A DNA stretch of 64,000 nt from a virus, in IMG/VR virus record IMGVR_UViG_3300022699_000278, positions 7,070 to 71,069 of that record. One strand, written 5' to 3'. Shown here piece by piece: positions 46,124 through 56,577 of this stretch. The notes beneath the pieces were generated by a model. That model had not been told where the DNA came from. It did not search any database and worked only from the letters and a program-made list of their open reading frames with translations. Made by a program: the position numbers and the translations under genes. How positions within the stretch are numbered: the stretch's first letter is position 1; each line of letters starts with the position of its first letter.

Positions 46124-49100
46124 CTATTGTCCTAGCATTACTACTCCGTCGGGTAATGTTGCGTGTCCGGATGTCACCCAGAACTCACTTTCACTTGCAC
46201 CAGCATTTGCTTGTGTTGTCCCTTCTTTAAGATTATACCCATATAGCCCCCCGTCTGATGCAATCGAAAAGGCATTGCTTCCCGTTGTGGTAGTGTTGGT
46301 GGCACCAACATAAAAATTATGTCTGGTAACGGTGTTTTTACTAAATAGTCCACCTCCATAGTTGGCTGTATTGGAAGTATCGGTGCTGTTCAGCACAAGT
46401 ACGGAAATATCTTCTTCGTCAGTGTCGTAATGAGGGAAGTCTATTTTCGCTGCTTTAATAGTATTATCGGTCCTGGTGTCGCCACCATTGTCTGCCCCAA
46501 GGATAATTGCATCACTATTTAGTATATCAAGATAATTACATTTTATTGTATCGTCAAACGTACCGCTTCCTGCAACGTGTAGCTTTGTATCAGGACTATC
46601 AGTCCCGATACCTACATCTCCTCCATCGTTATACAACGGACTGTCATCCCACGAAGTTGCTCCGTCAGCATACGGTATATACCCTGTTGTAACACCATGA
46701 GCAGCAGACGCACCACCTATGTCACTCAGCACCTCTGCTCCTGTACGGAAATCCACGTTATCCGATGCATCGAGCACCAGAAACTTATCCGTATCGGTTC
46801 CTGCGTTAGCACAGGTAGTTATATTAAGCGTACCGTCTGATGCTATCTCTAACTTGGCCGTACCGTTTGTGCGAAATTGCATGGCATTATCTGAGTGATC
46901 GTATCGTATATACCCGACATCCGCTGACTCTGGATCACCGAAGAATATATATTGACGTTGGGTATTCGGTGTTAAGAACTGTAGTCCCGTATGAGTGTTA
47001 TCCTCAATAACCGATAATGCATCACTATGCGATGTAGCTCCACTGTTACCAGCATAAACGTGTAGCTTTGTATCAGGACTATCAGTCCCGATACCTACAT
47101 TGCCATCTTGACCTATTCTAAGTCTTTCGACTAAGCTCTCTTCATTTTCATCATACGTTTTAAATGCCAGAACCCCAAGTGGAGGGTCTCCTGTACCTTC
47201 TGGATAAAAGACTAACGATTCAATCGTTGAAAGTACATATATGTTTCCATATTTAGCCTGTTGCTCAAATTCTATTCCAACACCTGACTCTGATCCTGCC
47301 TCTTCTGTCGTCTCATGTGTTATCCTAAGTGGATATGTTACATCGTTTACGACATTGTCCTCTACGCTTACATGTAATTTATTATCCGGACTAGCTGTCC
47401 CGATACCTACATCTCCTCCATCGTTATACAGCGGACTGTCATCCCACGAAGTTGCTCCGTCAGCATACGGTATATACCCTGTTGTAACGCCGTGAGCAGC
47501 AGACGCACCACCAATGTCACTCAGTACCTCTGCCCCTGTACGGAAATCCACGTTATCCGATGCATCAAGTACCAGAAACTTATCCGTATCGGTTCCGGCG
47601 TTAGCACAGGTGGCAATATTAAGCGTACCGTCTGATGCTATCTCTAGCTTGGCCGTACCGTTTGTGCGAAATTGCATGGCATTATCTGAGTGATCATATC
47701 GTATATACCCGATTTCCGCCGACTCTGGATCACCGAAGAATATATATTGACGGTTGGTATTCGGTGTTAAAAACTGTAGTCCCGTATGAGTGTTATTTTC
47801 GATAGTTACTAATGCGTCGCTATGTGATGCTGCCCCACTGTTAGCTTCGTAAATATGCAATAGATCGTCAGGACTAGCTGTCCCGATGCCAACATTGCCA
47901 GAGCTATCTATACGCATTGCTTCAACACCATCATCTGAATGTATTACAAATTCTCCGCCTGAAATCGATGTTCCTAAAACAAATTCTAAATCAGTATAAT
48001 CCCATCTTAAAAAAGATGCATAAGCATCTGAAGGTGTTCCAAAAACAAATCTTCCTTCGGATGCATCGGGACATATTATACTCATACCTGTATTGGCACC
48101 ATTTTCAATTATCAATTCGTCAGCATTGCCATTAGCAACAACCGCACCTGCAGAACCATTATAAACATGTAATTTACCGTCAGGACTATCTGTCCCTATG
48201 CCAACATCTCCTCCATCGTTATACAACGGACTGTCATCCCACGAAGTTGCTCCATCTGCATACGGTATATACCCTGTTGTAACACCATGAGCAGCAGACG
48301 CACCACCTATGTCACTCAGCACCTCTGCCCCTGTACGGTGATCCACGTTATCCGATGCATCTAGCACCAGAAACTTATCCGTATCGGTTCCGGCGTTAGC
48401 ACAGGTGGCAATATTAAGGTTGCCACCTGTAAAACAATGATTACCAGCGCCTACCTCCTGAGAATTATATATAAGGTCAGAACCATCGGCATATATTTTC
48501 GCCATCTGATCGTCACCGAAAACCACACCATAAGAATCGGTATCAAAATACAGGTCGTGTATTAATAATGAAGGGGCGGCATGTTCCGAATAAATACACC
48601 AGTCACTTGTAACACTTCCGCCGGTAGAAATATCTTCGATCTTCAAGTCAGCATACCAGTCTTCTGTTGCTGCCTGTCTGTAATGTCGGATAGTAATACC
48701 GGTTAACTCGTTCCATGTCCCGGCTTCGTCTAAATCTCCTGTGTAAGCACAGATTCCCATTCCGTTAGAAACCGTCCCGACATCATCAAGAAGCGCCGCT
48801 CCGTTAATACCTTGACATGTGCCGGTATTGGTAACCCCGGCATCAGGCTTTGCTCGTGCATACCCGTAAAACCCGATACAAGAATGGTCTCCGTTGACAG
48901 AAGATGAACTAATAGGCAACCCATATAAACCGTAATTTTGCTCATTTGTCGTTGAATTATATACACTTAATTTTCCGGGAGAGGTAGGCGTATATGGTCC
49001 TATGCCAACATTGTTGTCAGAATCAATAATTATACCGTTGTTTCCAAGCGATGTGCCGGATCGTATATTAAATTTATCGCTGTTGCTGTTATCTATACCA

Positions 49101-50122
49101 ATAGCATAAGACTGTCCGCCGGTAAGAGTAAAAGTCTGAGATGCGTCTCCGGTACCATCCTGTTGTATTTGAGCCATAGATGTAGTCGAAGCGTCATCAC
49201 GATAAAGTTTTAATATTGTAGTTGCATCGGGTGCAATTCCCAAACCAAGGCTTGTCGCCTGCATAGTGCCTATATTGGTAAGATTTTGTGCATTCCAACT
49301 AAATGCACCGGCAGCATCACCGGAAACATCTGCAAGCAGATCAGCTCCGGTGCGGTAATCAATAATGCCCCCGGCATCCCGAACAAGAAACGCATTAACA
49401 TCCGCACCGGCATCGGCACAAACATCAAGATAAACGCTGCTGTTCAAGTCTATCTGGGTGTCCGCTTCAAGATCAAGGTGCCCGTCATTTAAAGATGCCA
49501 TGTATATAGCATTGTCCCTGAACTGCAGCTGCATGTCATCGTTCAATAACAGGCCGGTGTCTGGAATGTGGGTAAGTGTAACATCCTGATCATCACCGAG
49601 ATACATAACCCCGCCATCAGCAAGATACAAATCAGAAAATTCCAGCGCCGCCGTCCCGAGTGAAGCACCATCTGCAGCTGTTGGGGTAAAATCTGTAACC
49701 GCCTGAAAATGATCTGTGGTAAGTGTATTGGTAGTATCATTGTACGTGAAATCAGCTTCAGCACCCATTATTCCACCATCATTGTACTGTACCTGTGTGT
49801 CGGCTCCTGCTGCAGCTGCAGCCCCTGGAGCAACCCATCCAAGATTCCCGTCTCCATCTGTATAAAGAATTTCGTTTGCGGCTCCATCTGCAGCCGGAAG
49901 CTGCCATTGAGAGTCAATAAGCATACTTAAACTTTCATCCCATACAAGCAGCTGGTTGTCAGTCGGCTGAGTAATAGAAGCCTTTGCGGTTCCCAGACGT
50001 CTCAAAGACACGGCAACCTCATCCATTAGCTTTTCAAGGCCACGAACAACGTTCGTTAAATCCCGTGAGTTGTTTATTATGCTTTTAGCCATATTAATAC
50101 ATAGCACACGTTGAATTACCAT
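46124..50122 (-). CDS. Tail fibre/receptor-binding protein with internal duplications
   Basis: GNVGIGT(D/A)SP repeats, LYTDGDGNLGW, GADTQVQYNDGG; three near-identical DNA repeats. Confidence 0.85.
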   Translation of the reverse strand: MVIQRVLCINMAKSIINNSRDLTNVVRGLEKLMDEVAVSLRRLGTAKASITQPTDNQLLVWDESLSMLIDSQWQLPAADGAANEILYTDGDGNLGWVAPGAAAAAGADTQVQYNDGGIMGAEADFTYNDTTNTLTTDHFQAVTDFTPTAADGASLGTAALEFSDLYLADGGVMYLGDDQDVTLTHIPDTGLLLNDDMQLQFRDNAIYMASLNDGHLDLEADTQIDLNSSVYLDVCADAGADVNAFLVRDAGGIIDYRTGADLLADVSGDAAGAFSWNAQNLTNIGTMQATSLGLGIAPDATTILKLYRDDASTTSMAQIQQDGTGDASQTFTLTGGQSYAIGIDNSNSDKFNIRSGTSLGNNGIIIDSDNNVGIGPYTPTSPGKLSVYNSTTNEQNYGLYGLPISSSSVNGDHSCIGFYGYARAKPDAGVTNTGTCQGINGAALLDDVGTVSNGMGICAYTGDLDEAGTWNELTGITIRHYRQAATEDWYADLKIEDISTGGSVTSDWCIYSEHAAPSLLIHDLYFDTDSYGVVFGDDQMAKIYADGSDLIYNSQEVGAGNHCFTGGNLNIATCANAGTDTDKFLVLDASDNVDHRTGAEVLSDIGGASAAHGVTTGYIPYADGATSWDDSPLYNDGGDVGIGTDSPDGKLHVYNGSAGAVVANGNADELIIENGANTGMSIICPDASEGRFVFGTPSDAYASFLRWDYTDLEFVLGTSISGGEFVIHSDDGVEAMRIDSSGNVGIGTASPDDLLHIYEANSGAASHSDALVTIENNTHTGLQFLTPNTNRQYIFFGDPESAEIGYIRYDHSDNAMQFRTNGTAKLEIASDGTLNIATCANAGTDTDKFLVLDASDNVDFRTGAEVLSDIGGASAAHGVTTGYIPYADGATSWDDSPLYNDGGDVGIGTASPDNKLHVSVEDNVVNDVTYPLRITHETTEEAGSESGVGIEFEQQAKYGNIYVLSTIESLVFYPEGTGDPPLGVLAFKTYDENEESLVERLRIGQDGNVGIGTDSPDTKLHVYAGNSGATSHSDALSVIEDNTHTGLQFLTPNTQRQYIFFGDPESADVGYIRYDHSDNAMQFRTNGTAKLEIASDGTLNITTCANAGTDTDKFLVLDASDNVDFRTGAEVLSDIGGASAAHGVTTGYIPYADGATSWDDSPLYNDGGDVGIGTDSPDTKLHVAGSGTFDDTIKCNYLDILNSDAIILGADNGGDTRTDNTIKAAKIDFPHYDTDEEDISVLVLNSTDTSNTANYGGGLFSKNTVTRHNFYVGATNTTTTGSNAFSIASDGGLYGYNLKEGTTQANAGASESEFWVTSGHATLPDGVVMLGQ

Positions 50123-51551
50123 TGTTTTCGGTAACGTCTTTATACATCCACTTCACACTATTACTGCTAATCTGGGTAGCAACTATCCTCGGTTCGAACC
50201 CGGTAATCGCCCCACCGTATAAAGTAATCGGGCCTGAGTATGTAAGATTACGGTCAAGGTGCCGTGAATTAGCAAATGCATCATTTTCATATACTTCAAT
50301 AGTATTTCCAGACCGTGTTATAGTAAGCATCGTCCACTGTGTCAGCGCCGCACTCAAAGGTACCGCCCATGAATTTTCCGAGTCATCCCAGTTCAGGTTC
50401 CATCCGTCACCATCTTCAATAAGCCTGATTCTCAAGCTCCCAACACTGAGTATGGTACAGTCAGCTGACGGCGATCTTACCCACATAACTATGCTCAAAT
50501 CTCCCGCAGGCATGTCAGTATCCACAACCATGTTGTCGGACGCCTCAAATACAATTGCTGACCGCACCTTCCCATCCGGACCGGTCGTTACCCCGGCAAA
50601 ACTTCCGGTTGTGCGCTGGTTGCTTCCTTTGTCCCATGGCATTGTATGCGATCCATCGGCAAGACTTACCAACTCAATACTTCTTCCCACCCATATAATG
50701 GTATCAGATATCATCTCAGCCCATGTTTTTTCGCTCATTTGTTTCTGTGCCGGTGCTGCTGCAGTGTCAATTTCCTCATTGTACTGCTGTATATCGGTAA
50801 GTCTCCACGGTGCGCCAGTAATTCGCACACCTGTTTGGAGGGCCTCGCTTTCTATGTGTCTATCAGACACTATCTGTGCCCTTTGAGAAAAATATTTTAC
50901 TTCAGCCTTGTCGTTGGGGCTTGACTCTTCCCTAAAATACATGCTGGATTTATAAGGTTCCCGAAATCCATACTGATTATAGTCGCTTGTATTCCGCCGC
51001 GATTTCAACCATGGCTTCAGATTGACTTCGCTTTCAGAATGACGTAATTTTTTTGTTGCTTCTGCGGTAAGCTCTCTAAACAGTATATCGGATTCTATTT
51101 CAGACCCGCCGTATTCATCGTTTCCGCCGTCAACCCAGTGGTCTTCTTTTCCAAGCCAGTAGTGCTTAAAAGAGTTGCAGTCAGTAACAATTATTCTTTC
51201 TTCATCAAAATCATTAAAGATTCTGCATGTTCCTACTAGTCCTATTGCATTCGGATAATCAGCGCCTTGGTATTCGCTCCAACTTATCCCCTGTTTTTTT
51301 TCCTGTGGAACGCCTAAGCGATAAATCCTATCTGATTTTGTAATATTCCTACCGTTGGGAACACCATAACTGTTTTCATAGACATATATATAATCATATT
51401 TGGTTTCAGAAAAAAGAAGGCCGACGTCATCCCATACTTCAAGTTTTACCGTATATGTTCCAGGCATCCGATATACATGTACCGGTTCTTTTTCTTCGGA
51501 CGTTTCACCATCTCCGAAAGTCCATAGATATCTTACAATTGTTCCACTCAT
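50094..51551 (-). CDS. Tail protein: partial PKD N-terminus and LamG/ConA-like C-terminus
   Basis: YLWTFGDGETS...PVHVY..PGTYTVKL; LSIVMWVR, QWTMLTITRSGNTIEVYEN. Confidence 0.7.
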   Translation of the reverse strand: MSGTIVRYLWTFGDGETSEEKEPVHVYRMPGTYTVKLEVWDDVGLLFSETKYDYIYVYENSYGVPNGRNITKSDRIYRLGVPQEKKQGISWSEYQGADYPNAIGLVGTCRIFNDFDEERIIVTDCNSFKHYWLGKEDHWVDGGNDEYGGSEIESDILFRELTAEATKKLRHSESEVNLKPWLKSRRNTSDYNQYGFREPYKSSMYFREESSPNDKAEVKYFSQRAQIVSDRHIESEALQTGVRITGAPWRLTDIQQYNEEIDTAAAPAQKQMSEKTWAEMISDTIIWVGRSIELVSLADGSHTMPWDKGSNQRTTGSFAGVTTGPDGKVRSAIVFEASDNMVVDTDMPAGDLSIVMWVRSPSADCTILSVGSLRIRLIEDGDGWNLNWDDSENSWAVPLSAALTQWTMLTITRSGNTIEVYENDAFANSRHLDRNLTYSGPITLYGGAITGFEPRIVATQISSNSVKWMYKDVTENNGNSTCAMY

Positions 51552-52774
51552 AATTTAAACGACACCTCAAGAGGACAACAACCACTTCTAGGTATCCCGG
51601 TAAAATTAAGTGTTACGATAACATAATTCTCTTTTGTCTCTGTATATGATCCATTGACATTTGTTACCGTTAAAGAAACCGTATATGTTCCCGGAGCATT
51701 ATATTGATGTGTCGGGTTTTCTTTAGTAGATGTTTCACCGTCACCGAAATTCCATAAATAAGATGTCGGGGAACCAGCCTCTTCCGATGTAAATTCAACG
51801 GAGAGCGGATATACGCCGCTTAACAGATTCCCGGTAAAGTCACAATATAAATCATAATCAGAGCACCACACATCTCCAAGATATGTTACATAATCCGATG
51901 CTATACCACCAATAATAAATGTCTTGCCATTCATGTTCACCAGACCGAAGTCACTCCTGGCCGTATATTCGTTTAGCTGTGTTATTTCAGTCCAATTAAT
52001 ACCATCAGTTGTGCTCCATACATCATTAATAACGTCATCGGCATTGTCGTATCCACCAACTATGGCTATCTCATCTTTGGCAATGCTCATAACAGACTGA
52101 TGCTCCCTTCTTTCAGACCAGTCTGCATTTCCCCTATTTGTCCAGTCCACTCCATTTGGAGAACTATATATTCTATTCATCCTTCCTGTTATTGGTGGCC
52201 ATGGTGTTGCCATATCGCCACCATATAACCACAAAGTACCTAAAAATTCAGCAGAACAGTGCTCCCTTGGGCCTCCCCATCCTGTTCCGTCAATGGCCAC
52301 AGCGTCATTTGTCCAGTTTTCGCCGTCTTCAGAACTCCAAACATCATTAACCATACGCCCATCAAATCCACCTGTTATAACCATTTTTCCGTTAAATTCA
52401 CAAAGGCCAAATTCATGTCTTGCATCCCAGGGAGCATTGGCAACAACCTGTTCCCATGTTATACAATCATCACTTACCCATACATCATTCAAAAAGCCTC
52501 CGCCACTATATCCGCCCATTATCCAGAATCTATTGTTGTAATAAATAAACCCGTGACCACTTCTTCTCCCATACCCACCATCAGCAGTTAACTGTTCCCA
52601 CGTTATTCCGTCAGCCGAACGCCATGCGTCAGAAAAACGAGATGGCGTTAAATCACCATTATACCCACCAGTTAAATACATATACGTTCCATCAGTAACA
52701 ACACGTAGCAAGTTCCTTGCAGCCCAGGGAGCATTTGCAAGTATCTGCGTCCAATCGTTTAAAATAAGTGGCAT
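51548..52774 (-). CDS. Kelch-like beta-propeller plus PKD domain virion protein
   Basis: About 6 repeats of W..R..H..(W/M)xxGG...NDVW.S.DG..W; YLWNFGDG...PGTYTVSL. Confidence 0.8.
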   Translation of the reverse strand: MPLILNDWTQILANAPWAARNLLRVVTDGTYMYLTGGYNGDLTPSRFSDAWRSADGITWEQLTADGGYGRRSGHGFIYYNNRFWIMGGYSGGGFLNDVWVSDDCITWEQVVANAPWDARHEFGLCEFNGKMVITGGFDGRMVNDVWSSEDGENWTNDAVAIDGTGWGGPREHCSAEFLGTLWLYGGDMATPWPPITGRMNRIYSSPNGVDWTNRGNADWSERREHQSVMSIAKDEIAIVGGYDNADDVINDVWSTTDGINWTEITQLNEYTARSDFGLVNMNGKTFIIGGIASDYVTYLGDVWCSDYDLYCDFTGNLLSGVYPLSVEFTSEEAGSPTSYLWNFGDGETSTKENPTHQYNAPGTYTVSLTVTNVNGSYTETKENYVIVTLNFTGIPRSGCCPLEVSFKL

Positions 52775-52777
52775 AAA

Positions 52778-55309
52778 TTATTTCCTCGTTCTCCAAAAAA
52801 CATGCCCGAGTGTTCTCCCATAAGCACTCGTTCCGATATTCCAGCATTCTTTGAAATCAGTTGCTATTATATCCTGTTCAAGCGAATTAAACATCAGGTC
52901 ATCACTATATGTCCTGTTGGCAACCTGACGCACGCTCATATCATGGCAGAGAAGTTCGTATGTTCCCTTGTTGATTTCTTGTATGCTTCCCCAATCAACA
53001 GTTCCCAAATATTCATCAACCACGTCAGCATGCAGAATACCATAATATTCACCAAATTCAGGCAGTTCTTCAATATCAGGATTATTGGTTGGAATGCTCC
53101 ACAAACTGTCGATACACCAGACAAGTATATAGTTGGGAGCCTTGCGAATAAGCTGTATTGAACCTTCGATTTTGTCAATAATCTGTCTCGTCGCCAAATA
53201 ATAACCGGCATTATATTTCATGTTGTTGGCAAGATCGCAATAATGAATCAACGAATCGTCACGACGCGCTGTCACCATAAAACCGGGAACTATTCGTAAA
53301 ATGTTGCAGTTCGGCATTGCTTCTTTATATCGCATATTCAATAAGCCGATGTGCTTTTCATCCATGCGGTTCCGTAATGTTTCGTCTGTTGTAATATCTG
53401 TAATAACCCTGCATTCAGGATCAACAGTAATTCCCTGGATATCTTTTGAAAGGTTTTCATGGACTCTTACCTGATTGCTTGAAAGCACTTCAACAATTAT
53501 CGATTCATATCCAGTTGACCAGAAAATTGTTTTCCGTTCATCGCATTCGGTTTTCGAAAAAAAATCATTTGTGTATACATTGTGCAAGGTAACTATGTAA
53601 CCATTTTGTGAAGCACGCATAACCCTGCCTCCACCTATAGCACAGGCCTGCAATGGTTTTGGTCCACCATAATAACTGATTCCTACTCGCACCTTTTTGG
53701 GAGTTAAATATTCTATTATTGTTTCAGTGTCGCCATCCTCCCATTTAAGCGGAGTTCCCTCATCGGCCTTTTCAAATATGCCATATTCTGCGGTAACAAT
53801 ACCATGATTTTTACTTGCATAAAAAGCACCTGCAACACGAAAGTCACCGCACCATGTGAATTTAAGCGGTGGAAGCTCTTCTCCATCATCAGTAGTACGA
53901 GGATCAGGACCGCTTTCACTTATATTGGTAGTACGCCATTTCGTATAGTGCGTCCAATGCCATTCATAGTGATCCTGATCAAGCGGAATATAAAACACTC
54001 CTACCTGATTGGGTTTCGTATATTCCCATGAATCATTTATTTTCGCACCATTCGCTTCAGTCCCTTTTATTATTTCAGAAATGTCGGTTCCAGTAGTACC
54101 CGCTCCCAGATAACCTATCGATGCATTTTTTTCACGTCCTGTGTCAAATGTAAAGTAACCGTCGTCTTTATATTTGACGACAATCCACGGAAACAACGTA
54201 TTAATACTTTTCTGCAACGAATCGGCAACCTCGTGCATGCTCTGCACATTGGTTCCAGTCGTGCTCATATCAACGATGAATTCAGCTTCGTATTCGTTAT
54301 GGGTTAATTTAAAAGAGGCTCCCGGAGCCGCTATTGTCCGGTAATAAGCAGGGTCTTTGTTGGTGTCAGACATTTTAGCACATTTAAGACGACAACCATA
54401 TTTAACACTACTATCATTGTTCCCTATCGGTTTTTCTCTCCAATATGTCGAATAATCCCTGTTGGGGACTATACTGGTATTTAATTGCGTCGTTCCGCTT
54501 TGCTGCAATAATTTTGAATTTGTCCTATCTCTTATCCCAGTCCCGGAGATTCTTGCCATGGAATAAAGATAATCGTAACGATAACTATGTTCTTTTCTTC
54601 TTTGCCTTCCACTAAGCAGTATGTGCGGAACCGGTCCGTTCGCACGCCAGAAAATGCCAACACTTTCATAAAAGCTCAATTTGAATATTCCATTCGAATT
54701 TCCTAAAACTCCATCATTATCGGAATTATCCCAATCTGATATGACATTCGACGGCATTCTTCTTGAAACGCAAAGACACTCATTGTATTCGCTGTATTTA
54801 TAACTGCTGGTATATACCCTTTTACCGTACTGCCATATTTTTATTCTTTGTATTTTATGCCAACCATTAATATTCAATCGACCATGGATATAACACCCGT
54901 CAGATAACCGGTCTTCTCCCGGCAAAGCCATTCTTACTTGAGTGGAAGATATGTATTCTGAAATTTCATCATGATAATATTCACCATTATATGTTGGCCA
55001 TGCTATATAACAACTTACACTGTCATAATTGAAAACCTCTTCATCGCATGTAACGATATTGTTTATCTTGCTCATATGAAGATTATTCAATTCGTTTCCG
55101 CAATCACTTCTCCATGCCGGTGGCTGAAGGTCGGACCACAACCATGAAGCTAATCGCGGCTGTATCTCAGTGTCGTACGCATGAGCATTAATTAAACCAG
55201 CTACAGCTCTAGAGGGTATATCGTCGTGCGGCGCGTTCTTTACCAGCCCGTCACCGAACTCGCTTTGTTTCCAGCTGTTTAAATTGTCGTCTGTCTGTCT
55301 GCTCATCAA
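52778..55309 (-). CDS. Putative tail nozzle/tubular protein B-like
   Basis: 843-aa beta-rich protein after the adaptor gene, podovirus synteny. Confidence 0.55.
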   Translation of the reverse strand: MMSRQTDDNLNSWKQSEFGDGLVKNAPHDDIPSRAVAGLINAHAYDTEIQPRLASWLWSDLQPPAWRSDCGNELNNLHMSKINNIVTCDEEVFNYDSVSCYIAWPTYNGEYYHDEISEYISSTQVRMALPGEDRLSDGCYIHGRLNINGWHKIQRIKIWQYGKRVYTSSYKYSEYNECLCVSRRMPSNVISDWDNSDNDGVLGNSNGIFKLSFYESVGIFWRANGPVPHILLSGRQRRKEHSYRYDYLYSMARISGTGIRDRTNSKLLQQSGTTQLNTSIVPNRDYSTYWREKPIGNNDSSVKYGCRLKCAKMSDTNKDPAYYRTIAAPGASFKLTHNEYEAEFIVDMSTTGTNVQSMHEVADSLQKSINTLFPWIVVKYKDDGYFTFDTGREKNASIGYLGAGTTGTDISEIIKGTEANGAKINDSWEYTKPNQVGVFYIPLDQDHYEWHWTHYTKWRTTNISESGPDPRTTDDGEELPPLKFTWCGDFRVAGAFYASKNHGIVTAEYGIFEKADEGTPLKWEDGDTETIIEYLTPKKVRVGISYYGGPKPLQACAIGGGRVMRASQNGYIVTLHNVYTNDFFSKTECDERKTIFWSTGYESIIVEVLSSNQVRVHENLSKDIQGITVDPECRVITDITTDETLRNRMDEKHIGLLNMRYKEAMPNCNILRIVPGFMVTARRDDSLIHYCDLANNMKYNAGYYLATRQIIDKIEGSIQLIRKAPNYILVWCIDSLWSIPTNNPDIEELPEFGEYYGILHADVVDEYLGTVDWGSIQEINKGTYELLCHDMSVRQVANRTYSDDLMFNSLEQDIIATDFKECWNIGTSAYGRTLGHVFWRTRK

Positions 55310-55989
55310 TACTGCCTTTTAACACAAAAATCAGGCACACCCTGTTCACCATTATCAAGCTCCGCCCAATATTTGGGCTTTAAAACGTTTTCTATATAGT
55401 TCGTAACGGCAAGCTGTTTTTTGTGATCGTTCACAGCGTCAATAAGGCTCATTGTGGCCTGCATGAGTATCTGTTCCGCTTCCGGGCTCGGGCACTCATG
55501 CTGCACTCTCTGCGAAGCTATTTCCGTAGGTAATTTATATGATATTCTTTTAAATACCGAAGTCGTTGCTCCGGGATTAATTCCCCTGAAAAAAATAGTG
55601 GCCGGGGTGATGTTGCCACTCCCGGCCATCCTTGCTGTTGTTGTTTTTATGTTAAGAATCCGAAGAAGCTCTATTCCTTCGAACTGCAGGCGTTCCGTTT
55701 TCCATACCTGTGACGTTGAATCAGGCAAATCGGCATCAAGATCGGTAACTACATACTTAACAAGCCAAACCGTGTCCGGGCAATCATATTTATATGTCGA
55801 GTCAGCAGTGGTTATTAATGGAAAATTACCGGTAGCCTCATCATAAATAAGATTCTGTTCCCGCTCACAGGTGTTGAGTATTCGGTGGGCCTGATTATAA
55901 AGAGGAAGTATCCCCTTCTCTGAACCTTCAGGTTGCCACCCGTGACACTCAAGCGCTATCCACGTCAGATGTTGGCTTGTTGACGCCAT
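55306..55989 (-). CDS. Putative head-tail adaptor (tail tubular A-like)
   Basis: Size and position two genes after the capsid; LYNQAHR helix, YKYDCP. Confidence 0.5.
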   Translation of the reverse strand: MASTSQHLTWIALECHGWQPEGSEKGILPLYNQAHRILNTCEREQNLIYDEATGNFPLITTADSTYKYDCPDTVWLVKYVVTDLDADLPDSTSQVWKTERLQFEGIELLRILNIKTTTARMAGSGNITPATIFFRGINPGATTSVFKRISYKLPTEIASQRVQHECPSPEAEQILMQATMSLIDAVNDHKKQLAVTNYIENVLKPKYWAELDNGEQGVPDFCVKRQY

Positions 55990-56509
55990 TTTTATTCCTT
56001 CCGCTCTTTTTCTCCGCCTTTTCCTGCTCTACAATTTCATCAAGCTCTTTTACTCTCGCCGCGATTTCACGCTCAAGCTCTTCTTTGTGGGAAAGCTCAG
56101 CCTTGAATGGCCGTTTTCTTTCCTCGCTGATTTCCTCTCTCATGTTTTCGTCAACAACAACCAATTCCGGGTGCGTTGAAAGGAAGTGTCTGTTTTTGCG
56201 GCCGGGATCATCCCACACATCAGCCTCGATATCACCGGTAGATGACTGGTGAAACAGAAGAGCACGGGCTCCTTTTCGTGTTCCCCACCCATGCTTTCCG
56301 GTGTTCTGGTCAATATATTCATACGCCTCAATGTCTTCCAACCCGTGTATCCGAATGTTAAAAACAAGCCCTTCGCTGTCAATCTGCGGAATTTGTGTTC
56401 CTTCATAACGTATCCGGATAAACCGTTCACCCTTTCTTCTTAACTGCTCAACACGTTTGAGCTTTTCGCGCTCTTCCGGTGCCTTAAGATAATCAACAAT
56501 CGGGTTCAT
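55949..56509 (-). CDS. Hypothetical protein
   Basis: SD AAGGA; downstream of the capsid gene. Confidence 0.65.
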   Translation of the reverse strand: MNPIVDYLKAPEEREKLKRVEQLRRKGERFIRIRYEGTQIPQIDSEGLVFNIRIHGLEDIEAYEYIDQNTGKHGWGTRKGARALLFHQSSTGDIEADVWDDPGRKNRHFLSTHPELVVVDENMREEISEERKRPFKAELSHKEELEREIAARVKELDEIVEQEKAEKKSGRNKNGVNKPTSDVDSA

Positions 56510-56535
56510 ACCAATCCTTTCTTATAATGGATACA

Positions 56536-56560
56536 AGAGAGGGGTATTACCCCCTCCCCC
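56536..56560 (-). terminator. Stem-loop downstream of the capsid gene
   Basis: GGGAGGGGGTAATACCCCTCTC followed by a weak U tract. Confidence 0.4.
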
Positions 56561-56577
56561 AAACTTTATACTTCAGA

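Noticed and set aside
46590-48420. Diversity-generating retroelement TR/VR pair in the tail fibre
   Set aside because: All copies are in-frame coding, differences look mostly synonymous rather than adenine-specific, and no reverse transcriptase is in the window.
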